49,053 nucleotides of DNA from Candidatus Nanoarchaeia archaeon. GTDB lineage: Archaea > Nanobdellota > Nanobdellia > Pacearchaeales > GW2011-AR1. Positions within the stretch are counted from its first letter, which is position 1. Each line of letters starts with the position of its first letter. The notes under the pieces were generated by a model. It saw only the letters and a list, made by a program, of their open reading frames with translations, was not told where the DNA came from and searched no databases. Location: assembly GCA_041501125.1 (NCBI GenBank), contig JBGQNO010000004.1, positions 1 through 49,053 of the forward strand, given 5' to 3'. This document shows, piece after piece, positions 35,844-45,663 of this stretch. The position numbers were made by a program, and so were the translations under genes.

Positions 35844-38621
35844 TTATATTCTTTCAAAAACTATCTCTACATCCTCATCTTTCACTTTTATGACAGTTCC
35901 GTGAAGTTTTTCCGTCGTGAAACTGACTGATTTAGAATTTGTTCTTTCCTTGATTATTCCAGTCACTTTTTCAAGCTTTTTGATTAGTCCCTTGCTCACA
36001 GCAACAGAAAGTTTGATTTTGTCGTCTTTCACAAGTCCTTTCTTCTTCCTTTCAGCCTGCACAGCTCTGCTTATCTCGCGTGCAAAACCTTCAGCCTCTA
36101 GTTCTGGAGTCATCTTGGTATCAAATAAAATGCTTGTTTCTCCAGATTCCTTGAATGCTACTTGCTTGACATTCAACTGCCTGCCAATTATATCAGAAAA
36201 CTTTTCAAGTTCTTTTGTATTCTTGCACAAAATACTTGCTTTAGCCAGGGGCCATCTTAATCCTATCTTTCCAGCATCTCTGGCTGCCAATCCTTTTTCA
36301 ATTATTTCAAAAACAACATCAAAATTCTCTTCAAGCTTCTTGTCAATCATTTTCTCATCAACTTTAGGCCAGTCTGAAAGATGAACTGAGCGCTTTTCAA
36401 ATTCATTATGTATAACTTCAGTAATATTTGGAGTATATGGAGCAAGTAATTTTGAAATACAGTAAAGAATATCTCTAACAACTTGTTTTACATTCTTGTC
36501 TTCCCTGTCTCTTATAATTTTAATATACTTTCTTGAAAAATCATTTGAGACAAAATCAATTATGGGTTTTAATGCTTTGTCAATGTTAAATTTTTCCAGA
36601 TTTTCTGTAGATGTTTTGACAATAGAGTTTAATCTTGACAAAATCCATTTATCTTCAATTTCCTGCTTGCCTTTCTCATTATTGTTTAGTTGTTTGTAAT
36701 ACTGGCAGGTATTCCACAATATATTTAGGAATGGCAAAACATCAGACTTAACCATGCTAACTGAAAATCTTTTAGGCTCTCCGATATCATAAATGCAGAA
36801 TTGCATTCTTGTTGCATCCATTCCAACTTCGTCAAGAACTTTGTTAGGGTCAAGAATATTGCCTTTGCTTTTTGACATTTTCTCGCCTTTCTCATCTACA
36901 AGATGTCCTGCGCAAATTACATTTTTGTAAGTAACATTGTCAAAAAGAATAGTTCCAAGAACATGCAGTGTATAAAACCATCCTCGTGTCTGGTCAATAG
37001 CTTCAGCAATAAAATCATATGGAAATCTTTTTTCAAACTCGGCTTTATTTTCAAATGGATAATGAAATTGCGCGAATGGCGCAGAGCCCGAGTCATACCA
37101 ACAGTCAATAACATCCGGAACTCTTGACATCTCGTTTTTGCATTTGGGGCATTTTAATTTAACACTGTCAATCCAAGGCTTGTGCAAGTCAATTTCGTTG
37201 TCATTTAATTTTTTAACAGACTTTTTCCTTAATTCTTCCACACTTCCAATTATCTCTTCATTTCCGCATTTGCATCTCCATATTGGCAGCGGAGTTCCCC
37301 AGAATTTTTTCCTTGAAAGCGCCCAGTCTTTTACATTTTTGAGCCATTCACCAAATCTTCCTTCTTTTATATGCTCAGGAACCCAGTTAATTTTTTCATT
37401 AAGCTCAAGCAGTCTCTCTTTGTATTTTGTAACTTTAATGAACCATGATTTAATTGCATAATACATTAAAGGAGTGTCGCATCTCCAGCAGAAAGGATAG
37501 TCGTGCTCATATTTTAAAACTTTGAACAGTTTTCCTTCTTTATCCAGCCTGTTCATTATTTCTTTGTCAGCGTCTTTGATGAACTTTCCAGCATATTCAG
37601 GAACATCTTTTGTAAATCTCCCAGTTTCATCAATCGGCTGTACAAATGGCAAATTGCATGACTTGCATACCTCAAAATCTACTTCGCCAAACGCAGGCGC
37701 CATGTGTACTATTCCAGTACCCTCTTCTATTGTAACAAAATTTCCGCTGATTATTACAAAAGCCTTCATCTCTTTGAAGTACGGGAACAACGATTCATAT
37801 TTCTGTCCAACAAGCTCTTTGCCCTTTACTGTTTTGATAATCTTTGGATTGTCAAAAAATTTATGCGCAAGTTCTTTTGCAACAATATACGTTTCCTTGT
37901 CTTTGATGTAAGCATAATCTAAGTCTGGATTTACTGCAATTGCAAGATTGCTTGGCAGTGTCCATGGAGTAGTTGTCCATACAAGAAGATATTCATCTTT
38001 GTTTTTCAGCTTGAATTTTACAACAACAGAATCTTCTTTTATTTTTTTATAACCCTGGGCTACTTCATGGCTTGACAAAGGTGTTTCGCATCTCGGACAG
38101 AACGGAACAACTTTGTGGTCTTCGTATAAAAGTTTCTTGTCATAAAGTTGCTTCAGGCTCCACCATATGCTCTCAATATAGTCATTGTTGAGTGTAATGT
38201 AAGGATGTTCAAGATCAATCCAGTAACCCATTCTCTCAGTTGACTTGTTCCAGTCCTTGATGTATGAGAACACGCTTTCTCTGCATTCATTTATGAATTT
38301 TGATTCTCCAAATTTTAGAATATCTTTTTTGCTGTTAAGCTTAAGCTTCTTTTCAATCTGAACTTCAACAGGCAAGCCATGGCAGTCCCATCCAGCTTTT
38401 CTAGGCACATTATATCCTTGCATGTACTTGAATTTATTTATAATATCCTTAAATGTGCGAACCTCAAGATGGTGCAGTGCTGGAGGAGCATTAGCTGTCG
38501 GTGGTCCTTCAAGAAAACTAAACAGCTTCTTTCTTGTTTTATCATCAGACACTGCTTTCTGAATGTCTTTCTTGCTGGTTATTTTGCCGGCTTTTTCCTC
38601 AATCTCCTTAAAGTTATACAT
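35844..38621 (-). CDS. ileS: Isoleucyl-tRNA synthetase (IleRS2-like)
   Basis: EGPPTAN..ALHH, GWDCHGLPVE, WTTTPWTLPSN, GTGIVH.AP, KMSKS. Confidence 0.97.
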   Translation of the reverse strand: MYNFKEIEEKAGKITSKKDIQKAVSDDKTRKKLFSFLEGPPTANAPPALHHLEVRTFKDIINKFKYMQGYNVPRKAGWDCHGLPVEVQIEKKLKLNSKKDILKFGESKFINECRESVFSYIKDWNKSTERMGYWIDLEHPYITLNNDYIESIWWSLKQLYDKKLLYEDHKVVPFCPRCETPLSSHEVAQGYKKIKEDSVVVKFKLKNKDEYLLVWTTTPWTLPSNLAIAVNPDLDYAYIKDKETYIVAKELAHKFFDNPKIIKTVKGKELVGQKYESLFPYFKEMKAFVIISGNFVTIEEGTGIVHMAPAFGEVDFEVCKSCNLPFVQPIDETGRFTKDVPEYAGKFIKDADKEIMNRLDKEGKLFKVLKYEHDYPFCWRCDTPLMYYAIKSWFIKVTKYKERLLELNEKINWVPEHIKEGRFGEWLKNVKDWALSRKKFWGTPLPIWRCKCGNEEIIGSVEELRKKSVKKLNDNEIDLHKPWIDSVKLKCPKCKNEMSRVPDVIDCWYDSGSAPFAQFHYPFENKAEFEKRFPYDFIAEAIDQTRGWFYTLHVLGTILFDNVTYKNVICAGHLVDEKGEKMSKSKGNILDPNKVLDEVGMDATRMQFCIYDIGEPKRFSVSMVKSDVLPFLNILWNTCQYYKQLNNNEKGKQEIEDKWILSRLNSIVKTSTENLEKFNIDKALKPIIDFVSNDFSRKYIKIIRDREDKNVKQVVRDILYCISKLLAPYTPNITEVIHNEFEKRSVHLSDWPKVDEKMIDKKLEENFDVVFEIIEKGLAARDAGKIGLRWPLAKASILCKNTKELEKFSDIIGRQLNVKQVAFKESGETSILFDTKMTPELEAEGFAREISRAVQAERKKKGLVKDDKIKLSVAVSKGLIKKLEKVTGIIKERTNSKSVSFTTEKLHGTVIKVKDEDVEIVFERI

Positions 38622-38652
38622 TTCCCTACTATGAATGCCTCGTTTTTAAAAC

Positions 38653-39354
38653 TTATTTAACCCTAAAGTTCTCCAAGAACTCGTGTTCAAGAAAATGCAG
38701 CTCGCCTGGAATAATGAAGCAGAATGGTTTCTTTATGCCCTCTTTTGTTAATTTTTTGATATCTCCATAAATAATACTTGCTTTTTCTGTGCCCATGTTA
38801 GAACACACAATAATTTCTTTTACATTCAAGCTCTCCTGCAGTTGCTTCAAGGCGTCCTCGAACTCAAGCCCGATATCAACCAGGATTAATGAATGAGCTT
38901 TTATTGATTGATTTTCTTTTACAATGTCAGCAAAACTCTTGGGTTTATGCTCTGGGGTCCATTTTGGCAGGCTTGTTGTCTTGCCAAACTTGTACATCTG
39001 CAGTCCTGTCTCTGCAATTGCATCATAGATGCTGGCTGCATAAACAATTTTGTATTGCACTTTTTGTTCAATGCACTCCTGCAGCAAGGCGATATGAGTT
39101 GTCGCAAACAAAGGCGAGCCATAAACAAGTAATGCAATGTCTTTCTTCTTGGCTTCTTCAACCAGCTTCGAAGTCTCAACATCTTCTCTTCCAAGTTTCT
39201 TGATTTTCTTGCCAATTATTTTTTCAATTTCTTCAAGCTTGTACGGAAAATCAACAGTGTATCCTTCCAGGTAGCATTCGCATTTCTTTGCAAGTTCAAT
39301 GCCTTCAAGGCTGATGCCTTTCTGGTTCAAGCCAAGTCCGATTAAATATAGCAT
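38653..39354 (-). CDS. dph5: Diphthine synthase
   Basis: MLYLIGLGL, YLEGYT, LLVYGSPLFATTH, GLQ.YKFGKTTSLP, CFIIPGELH. Confidence 0.92.
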   Translation of the reverse strand: MLYLIGLGLNQKGISLEGIELAKKCECYLEGYTVDFPYKLEEIEKIIGKKIKKLGREDVETSKLVEEAKKKDIALLVYGSPLFATTHIALLQECIEQKVQYKIVYAASIYDAIAETGLQMYKFGKTTSLPKWTPEHKPKSFADIVKENQSIKAHSLILVDIGLEFEDALKQLQESLNVKEIIVCSNMGTEKASIIYGDIKKLTKEGIKKPFCFIIPGELHFLEHEFLENFRVK

Positions 39355-39429
39355 AATCCAGTTTAGAAACTCAAGTTTTAAACCTTGCGCCTCGGAAAGA
39401 TTTAAGAATTATAATGTAGTTATGCAGTT

Positions 39430-39870
39430 ATGAAAAAGAGTGTATGGATAATTATTGCTGTGGTTATCATTGCAATCGCAGTGTTCTTGTATGTTCAGGA
39501 TCGTCAAAAGACAGAAGCAAACTGCGCCAAGGAAGGCGAACAGTTTTCTGTTGTTTACAAAGACCAGTATCCAGAAAAATGCTGCTCAGGTTTGACAGAG
39601 TGGGAATCTGGATTTGATTCAAGAATCGCAATAGGAAACAATTGTTTTGACACTGGTTTGCTGAAAGGAAGCCCTGTCGGAACATGCATAAATTGCGGAG
39701 ATGGTGTTTGCGGCGATAAAGAAAATGTTTGCAACTGTCCTCAGGACTGTCAAAATGCTAGCCACTCGACATACAAGACTGTTCAGGATTTCTGCAACAT
39801 AGCCTATCAAAATTACTGCAATGAAGAGAAAAAGAACTCAACTCTTTGCAAACTTTGCAGCCTTGTTTAA
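39430..39870 (+). CDS. Membrane-anchored Cys-rich hypothetical protein
   Basis: N-terminal TM helix; CCSGL and CGDGVC...EN.CNCP.DC motifs. Confidence 0.7.
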   Translation: MKKSVWIIIAVVIIAIAVFLYVQDRQKTEANCAKEGEQFSVVYKDQYPEKCCSGLTEWESGFDSRIAIGNNCFDTGLLKGSPVGTCINCGDGVCGDKENVCNCPQDCQNASHSTYKTVQDFCNIAYQNYCNEEKKNSTLCKLCSLV

Positions 39871-40367
39871 TAAACAATCGCAACCGTAACATATTTTATC
39901 TGGCTGAACCTTATCTTGCCGTCTGAAATCAAATTATTGTCTCCCTTGACTATGAAGTATTTTCCTTCAGTGTCGTTTCCGATTTCAACCACTCTATGCA
40001 CAATGAGATTATTGAAAGATTCATAAGTAACAATGTCGCCAACCTGAATGTCATTGTCATTTCTTGGAACTATCCTGATGCCATTTGCACCAGAGTCAAT
40101 TATTGGTACCATGCTTTTAGTCGAAGCATAATCTGAAAGGCTTGCATTTTTCAAATAAATTACAATCCTGTCATTGTACACTTCAATATCATTTTGAGAA
40201 ATCCTGTCAGCAGGTATGCTGTTTGTATTGTAATGCAATACTCCTGATGGAAGCTCTGTGCTTATGCTCGAACCAGTCAGATAATCAGAACTCAATACTC
40301 CAAATTCAAACACCAGGGCAAGAACAGCAATAACCAAAGCCCATTTCCAAATCCACTCAGTTTCCAT
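39867..40367 (-). CDS. S26 signal peptidase I-like protein (Sec11 type)
   Basis: TKSM.P, GDIV.Y, IVHRV, KGDNN motifs. Confidence 0.85.
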   Translation of the reverse strand: METEWIWKWALVIAVLALVFEFGVLSSDYLTGSSISTELPSGVLHYNTNSIPADRISQNDIEVYNDRIVIYLKNASLSDYASTKSMVPIIDSGANGIRIVPRNDNDIQVGDIVTYESFNNLIVHRVVEIGNDTEGKYFIVKGDNNLISDGKIRFSQIKYVTVAIVY

Positions 40368-40426
40368 CTAAACTTTATCAAATGGTTATATATAAATTTT
40401 TCTTTTGTAACTACTACTTAGTTTCT

Positions 40427-40672
40427 TCAAGCTCTTCTTGCGGACATGTAAGAAACAATTGCCATATATACAAGGCTTAGCGCAACAATTTCGTTTTTCA
40501 ATATCAAAAATGCAGCGCTTCCGACACATGATAATAGGACTACAAGCTTGAACCATCTTTGTCCGTCATGAAGCTCTTCTTTTGTCAGCCATGCTATGAG
40601 CAGGCCAACAGGAATCGCTGTCAGTAAAGTGAAAACAACAAGCAAATTAGTCAACATACAATTTTTAAACAT
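40427..40672 (-). CDS. Small membrane protein
   Basis: Three hydrophobic segments; the true start may be the ATG at 40657. Confidence 0.55.
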   Translation of the reverse strand: MFKNCMLTNLLVVFTLLTAIPVGLLIAWLTKEELHDGQRWFKLVVLLSCVGSAAFLILKNEIVALSLVYMAIVSYMSARRA

Positions 40673-40690
40673 CTATTGTTTAAAAAACTA

Positions 40691-41461
40691 ATGAAATTCA
40701 AAATACTTGCCAGCAAAAACGACATCGCAGGCAGAAATATCGCAGCAGAACTTGAAAAACTCGGACTTGGTGCAAAAATAGTTCATCTGGAAACAGATTC
40801 TATTCATGCAGAGAATATTGACAAGCAGATTTTTGGAGACATTTTTATTTTTATTTCAAAACATAAATCAGAGCAAAAGAGTAAGACACTGACAGTCCAT
40901 GCTCCTGGAAACTGGAGACAGGCAGATTTTGGAGGACAGCCAGGAAAAGCCAGTCTTACAACTTCATTTTTCCTTAAGCATCTTTTTTTAATTCTAAACA
41001 AGCAAGCTGAAGGCTCTGGATATCAAGTTTCTATGGAAGTTACTCATCACGGCCCATACATGGAACGACCTTGTTGTTTTATTGAAATCGGCTCTGGCGA
41101 AGAACAATGGCAGGATAAAAATGCAGCAAAGATAATTGCCCAGTCCGTACAACAGGCAATTTCAACAGACATAGGTGTTGGATGGATTTCTGCAATCGCA
41201 ATAGGCGGACCTCACTACTGCCCTAATTTCAACAAAGTCCAGCTTTCAGAAAAATACGCACTTGGACATATAATTCCAGAATACTCTTTGCCATTAACAA
41301 AAGAAATGCTCAAAGAAGCAATTGACAAAACACTTCCTCAGCCAGAGCTCGCAATACTTGACTGGAAAGGGCTCGGCAAAGCTGAACAAAGGCAGGAAAT
41401 CATCAAGATGCTTGAGCAGTCAGGATTAAAATACATAAGAACAGACAAAGCCAGGGAATAA
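40691..41461 (+). CDS. dtdA: Archaeal D-aminoacyl-tRNA deacylase (DTD2)
   Basis: SKHKS, LTVHAPGN, EVTHHGP, FIEIGS, GGPHY motifs. Confidence 0.92.
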   Translation: MKFKILASKNDIAGRNIAAELEKLGLGAKIVHLETDSIHAENIDKQIFGDIFIFISKHKSEQKSKTLTVHAPGNWRQADFGGQPGKASLTTSFFLKHLFLILNKQAEGSGYQVSMEVTHHGPYMERPCCFIEIGSGEEQWQDKNAAKIIAQSVQQAISTDIGVGWISAIAIGGPHYCPNFNKVQLSEKYALGHIIPEYSLPLTKEMLKEAIDKTLPQPELAILDWKGLGKAEQRQEIIKMLEQSGLKYIRTDKARE

Positions 41462-41478
41462 TGAGAAGAGTTTTTTAT

Positions 41479-41565
41479 TATTAATAACAAATCTTCAAAT
41501 GCTTACTCAACAAACATGCCACCCCTGTAACCTCTCAATGTAAAAACGTTTAAACATTAATTCTA
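41479..41565 (+). repeat. Dispersed element, minimal copy (87 bp)
   Basis: TATTAATAACAAATCTTC..GCTT..TCAAC-AAACATGCC..CCCCTGTAACCTC..GTAAAAACGTTTAAACATTAATTCTA. Confidence 0.75.
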
Positions 41566-41589
41566 TAACTCCAGAATCAAAACTTCTTG

Positions 41590-41967
41590 TTACTCCAGCA
41601 GGAAGTTTTCATTTATATCCTTTGAATTTGCGATTATGTCTGTAACAGTCACAATGCCGACAAGCTTTCCATCTCTGGTAATAGGCAGTCGTTTTATCTT
41701 GCTGTCTGCCATTATCTCCGCAGCCCTGTCAATTGTCTCACTATCTTCTGCTGTTATCACATTCTTGCTCATTATCTTTTCAATTTTCTCCTTTGTCCTT
41801 CTGATGTTTTTTAGAATATCGCGCTCAGTCACAATGCCTGAAACTTTGCTGCCAGTTATCACAACAAGGCATCCTATTTCCTCTTTTGACATTATGTCTG
41901 CAGCTTCCTTGACAGTTATGCCAGGACTTACAACCTTGACATCATGCATAATATCCAATATCTTCAT
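41590..41967 (-). CDS. CBS-domain protein
   Basis: Two CBS repeats (GIVTERDI; IKRLPI..GKLVGIVT.TDI). Confidence 0.92.
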   Translation of the reverse strand: MKILDIMHDVKVVSPGITVKEAADIMSKEEIGCLVVITGSKVSGIVTERDILKNIRRTKEKIEKIMSKNVITAEDSETIDRAAEIMADSKIKRLPITRDGKLVGIVTVTDIIANSKDINENFLLE

Positions 41968-42011
41968 GCAAGTTAAAATTAAAACAAGATTTTAAACCTT
42001 GTGCTTTTGAC

Positions 42012-43247
42012 TTACTCATACCTTAAAGCTTCGACAGGATTAAGCTTGGACGCGCTATATGCTGGAATTGCTCCGAATGCCATTCCCAATGCTACAGAAA
42101 ATGCAATTGCAAACAAGGACAAACCCATGCTTATCGAGATAGTCAGGTTGCCTGTTGCTCCAAGACTTATTCCTATATAAGGGACTATGGCTGCAATCAC
42201 AAATGCGAATGCAACCCCAAACAATCCTCCAACAAGTCCGAGCAGTCCTGAATTAAAAAGAAAAATTAAAAGAATATCCTCATTCCTTGCGCCAATAGCC
42301 TTCATCACTCCAATATCACGTGTCTTCTCCAGGACAGATGTGAACATTGTATTTGCAACACCTATTCCTCCAACTAATAACGAGACGCCGGCGATAATGC
42401 CTAAGAATAATGTCAGCCCGCCTGTTACTGCACTAAATTTTTGTTGCAGTGCTGCAGCAGAAGTTATTGAAAAATCTTCCCTATCCTTTGTTACATGATG
42501 AGAATTTATCAGAGCATCTTCTATGGCAGCACTTGTTTCATTAATATGCTCGGCATCTTCAACTTTCACACTTATAGAAGAGTACTCATTAGAGTTCAGT
42601 GTAGAAGTGCTGCTTAAGACATCTCTGGCATCTTTTGTTGGCATTATTACAGAACGGTCAGAGCTTCCAAATCCGCTTGAAGATGCAAGGATTCCTACAA
42701 CCCTGAATGGCTTTCCATTTATTGTTACCAGCGACCCGGCACTCAATGCAGTTCTGAAAGTAGAATGTGCTACACCATATCCGATTATGACCACTCTTGT
42801 TTCTCCTGAACCGATATACCTTCCAGCCTCAAGACTTGCTGTCACAAACTCCTTGATCAATGCAGGCTCATCCCCCTGGATTGATAATGAAACATTTTGG
42901 CTCTGATAAGTGACTGTAACTCTTCCGCTTACAATCCCTTCTGTATATTTTACTCCTGGCACTAATTTCAGTGCCTGGATATCCTTGTCAGTCAGTGGCT
43001 TGACATTAGTAGTTAGTTCCCCACTGCCCTCGCCCATTGCCCGCATTGAGCCCGAGCTTATTGTTATTATATCCTGCCCCAAGCCCTGAATTTGGGAGCT
43101 GACATTCTGCTGCAGTCCGTGTCCTAATGAAATAATTGCAACCACTGCCGCCACCCCGATAAATATACCAACTATTGTAAGCCAGCTTCTCAGCCTGCTG
43201 TGCAGAAGCATATTTAATGAAAGTTTTAAAATTTTAGAGAGTTTCAT
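42012..43247 (-). CDS. MacB/FtsX-type ABC transporter permease
   Basis: RSWLTIVGIFIGVAAVV; GGIGVANTM..SVLEKTRDIGVMKAIGA; PVEALRYE. Confidence 0.93.
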   Translation of the reverse strand: MKLSKILKLSLNMLLHSRLRSWLTIVGIFIGVAAVVAIISLGHGLQQNVSSQIQGLGQDIITISSGSMRAMGEGSGELTTNVKPLTDKDIQALKLVPGVKYTEGIVSGRVTVTYQSQNVSLSIQGDEPALIKEFVTASLEAGRYIGSGETRVVIIGYGVAHSTFRTALSAGSLVTINGKPFRVVGILASSSGFGSSDRSVIMPTKDARDVLSSTSTLNSNEYSSISVKVEDAEHINETSAAIEDALINSHHVTKDREDFSITSAAALQQKFSAVTGGLTLFLGIIAGVSLLVGGIGVANTMFTSVLEKTRDIGVMKAIGARNEDILLIFLFNSGLLGLVGGLFGVAFAFVIAAIVPYIGISLGATGNLTISISMGLSLFAIAFSVALGMAFGAIPAYSASKLNPVEALRYE

Positions 43248-43255
43248 GGCAACTA

Positions 43256-44206
43256 CTACTGCTGCTCTTTCCTGAATTTTTTATAAATTAGAATTACTGC
43301 TGCACCAATAATAACACCTATTACAAGATATCCCATAGTTGAGGAGCTGGAGCTTATAGTCCTTGAACCGCTGTATTGCATGTTGCCGTTTGACATGCTG
43401 TTTGCACTTCCCGAGACTATAGAAGTGATAGGCACTATTTTCTCCACATTGTTCCTTACACCTGCTGTGTCTGTATAAGATATGAGCATTTTCAATTCGT
43501 GCAGGCTTTTGGTAAGAACTATAGGAAAAGTTACAGTCGTGAAATCTCCTTGTGCAAGGTTTCCAATCACTGATGACTTGGTTCCAGTCATGTTAAGGGA
43601 GTTCTGTGGTTCAATAGAGATGATTACTGCTGTTGCAGAATTGTCTCCGGTATTTACAATGGCAAAAGAGGTTCCAGTGCTTGAAGAATCCTGGGCAACC
43701 ACATCAAAATCAGTCTTTGTTTTTGCGATTTCTATTGACAGGCTGTAAACATTTCCAGAGCCAGTATCTTTATTTGCTATAATCTTAAGTTTCAGCACAC
43801 TCTGTCCTACAGGAGCATTATCAGCGACTTTAACCCTGTATTTAAGTATAACCTGACTTGAATCGTATGTCTGATCCACCCTGTAACTATTGATAGTTCC
43901 GTAAATTAAACCATAATCCCTCACAAGCGAGTCATTTGCATAAAAAGGGTACTCTGGAATAAGTTCAAACTGCACATCTTTGGCATCGCTCTGTCCCACG
44001 TTCTGCACTTTAATCCACACATCAAACCAGTCACCAGCATTTACAGGATAAGGCTCATACTTCAGGGTCTGCACAACAAGATTGCTATTTGTATTGCTCG
44101 TGCTGCTTGTTTCATTATAATTTACTTCATACATTCCTGCACAAACAAATGGGCTTAGAATTGCAAAACACAGGATAACAAGCATAAATTCATTAACAAG
44201 CTTCAT
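43256..44206 (-). CDS. COG1361-like (S-layer domain) membrane-anchored protein
   Basis: PYPVNAGD.FDVWIKVQNVG, N.GDNSA, IGNL..GD, C-terminal TM helix; sits within the ABC operon. Confidence 0.75.
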   Translation of the reverse strand: MKLVNEFMLVILCFAILSPFVCAGMYEVNYNETSSTSNTNSNLVVQTLKYEPYPVNAGDWFDVWIKVQNVGQSDAKDVQFELIPEYPFYANDSLVRDYGLIYGTINSYRVDQTYDSSQVILKYRVKVADNAPVGQSVLKLKIIANKDTGSGNVYSLSIEIAKTKTDFDVVAQDSSSTGTSFAIVNTGDNSATAVIISIEPQNSLNMTGTKSSVIGNLAQGDFTTVTFPIVLTKSLHELKMLISYTDTAGVRNNVEKIVPITSIVSGSANSMSNGNMQYSGSRTISSSSSTMGYLVIGVIIGAAVILIYKKFRKEQQ

Positions 44207-44886
44207 TTTCCACTCCTTACAATCTTACCATCCGCCAACTTTATAACCCTTTCACCATAATTAGCCAAATCCAAGTCGTGGGTAATCAGCACAACAGTCT
44301 TTCCATTCTCATTAAGATTTTCGAACAAATTCATAATCTCTTTTCCAGTCTTGCTGTCAAGATTCCCTGTGGGCTCATCTGCAAGAATTACCTCAGGATT
44401 ATTTGCCAAAGCCCTCGCAATAGCAACTCTTTGCTGCTGCCCTCCAGACAATTCATGTGGCTTGTGATTCATCCTGTCTCCCAGTCCTACAAGTTCCAAA
44501 ACTTTTGTTGCTTTTTCCATCGCATTATCTGTGTCTTGGAATTCCATTGGAAGCATTACATTTTCGAGTGCAGTCAGTGTAGAGATAAGATTGAACTGCT
44601 GGAACACAAATCCAATTTTTTTTCCTCTGATTTCCGCCAAGTCAGATTCATGCAGTTTGGAAATGTCCTTGCCATCAAGATAAATTATACCCTTGCTTGG
44701 CACATCCAGGGCACCAACCATATTCATCATAGTACTCTTTCCACTTCCGGAATGTCCGGTTATTGCAACAAACTCCCCGGATTTTATAGAAATATCAACT
44801 CCGCGTAATGCCTCCACTTTTATATCCCCAACCTGATAGACTTTCCAGACATTATCCAAATGAATAACCGGAGATGAATGACTCAT
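44203..44886 (-). CDS. ABC transporter ATP-binding protein (LolD/MacB type)
   Basis: GHSGSGKST, LSGGQQQRVAIARAL, ILADEPTGNLD. Confidence 0.96.
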   Translation of the reverse strand: MSHSSPVIHLDNVWKVYQVGDIKVEALRGVDISIKSGEFVAITGHSGSGKSTMMNMVGALDVPSKGIIYLDGKDISKLHESDLAEIRGKKIGFVFQQFNLISTLTALENVMLPMEFQDTDNAMEKATKVLELVGLGDRMNHKPHELSGGQQQRVAIARALANNPEVILADEPTGNLDSKTGKEIMNLFENLNENGKTVVLITHDLDLANYGERVIKLADGKIVRSGK

Positions 44887-44907
44887 GTCCAGAAAATAAC
44901 ACCATTA

Positions 44908-44948
44908 TTTATAAATCCGATGGAAGATTAATCCATACCTTTTATAAA
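44908..44948. promoter_or_regulatory. Divergent promoter with two TTTATAAA boxes flanking the inverted repeat ATGGA-N7-TCCAT
   Basis: Boxes at 44908-44915 and 44941-44948; inverted repeat at 44920-44936. Confidence 0.5.
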
Positions 44949-44969
44949 GATATAAACTATATTTTGACA

Positions 44970-45659
44970 ATGAGAATGCCTCCAGAATCATTGCCATTTA
45001 TGCATTACGGCTTGGCGATAGAATCAGTTTATTCTTTAATTGTTGTAGTCGCCTGCTTGCTTATATACTTTGAAACAAGAGAACTTTATAATTTGACATC
45101 TTATAAGGGCATTAAATATTTCAGGAATACATTTTTATTTTTTGGAATAACCTACTTTATACGATTTTGTCTGAGCTGGGTATCGACTTTAAGAATTAAT
45201 CCTGTGTTGTTCAATCTATTCGGGCTCTTTGAATTTTCATTATTTATTATGGTTTATACAAGTTCAATGGCCCTGATATACTGCATTTACAGTATCTTTT
45301 GGAAAGGACTTGAGAAATACAGATTCAGCAATGTTTACTTATTCCATGCATTGGCATTGCTGATTGCATTCCTGACTGTAATCAGAGTAATGCCATCATT
45401 ATTTTTAATTTTCCAGTCAATCTTATTCCTGGTTTTGATAATTGTAAGTTACATAAAATATAAGCATTCAAAACATGATGGAAGATTTGCTAAGCTTTAC
45501 CTCATCTACTTTTTGATATTTGCACTGTGGATTGTAAGTAGTATAATGGCATTTGTGCTCTTTATAGCTCCTATCCTTGGATTAGTGATATATATTATTT
45601 CAATAGCATTATTCCTGGTAATCTTGTTCAGGGTCATCAGAAAATTGAAGGGTAAGTGA
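44970..45659 (+). CDS. Polytopic (about 7 TM) membrane protein, possible sensor
   Basis: About seven hydrophobic helices; start refined to 44970. Confidence 0.7.
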   Translation: MRMPPESLPFMHYGLAIESVYSLIVVVACLLIYFETRELYNLTSYKGIKYFRNTFLFFGITYFIRFCLSWVSTLRINPVLFNLFGLFEFSLFIMVYTSSMALIYCIYSIFWKGLEKYRFSNVYLFHALALLIAFLTVIRVMPSLFLIFQSILFLVLIIVSYIKYKHSKHDGRFAKLYLIYFLIFALWIVSSIMAFVLFIAPILGLVIYIISIALFLVILFRVIRKLKGK

Positions 45660-45663
45660 CAAA

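Noticed and set aside
8200-41565. CRISPR array made of the dispersed repeats
   Set aside because: Copies are kilobases apart, degenerate, have no regular spacers, and there are no cas genes.
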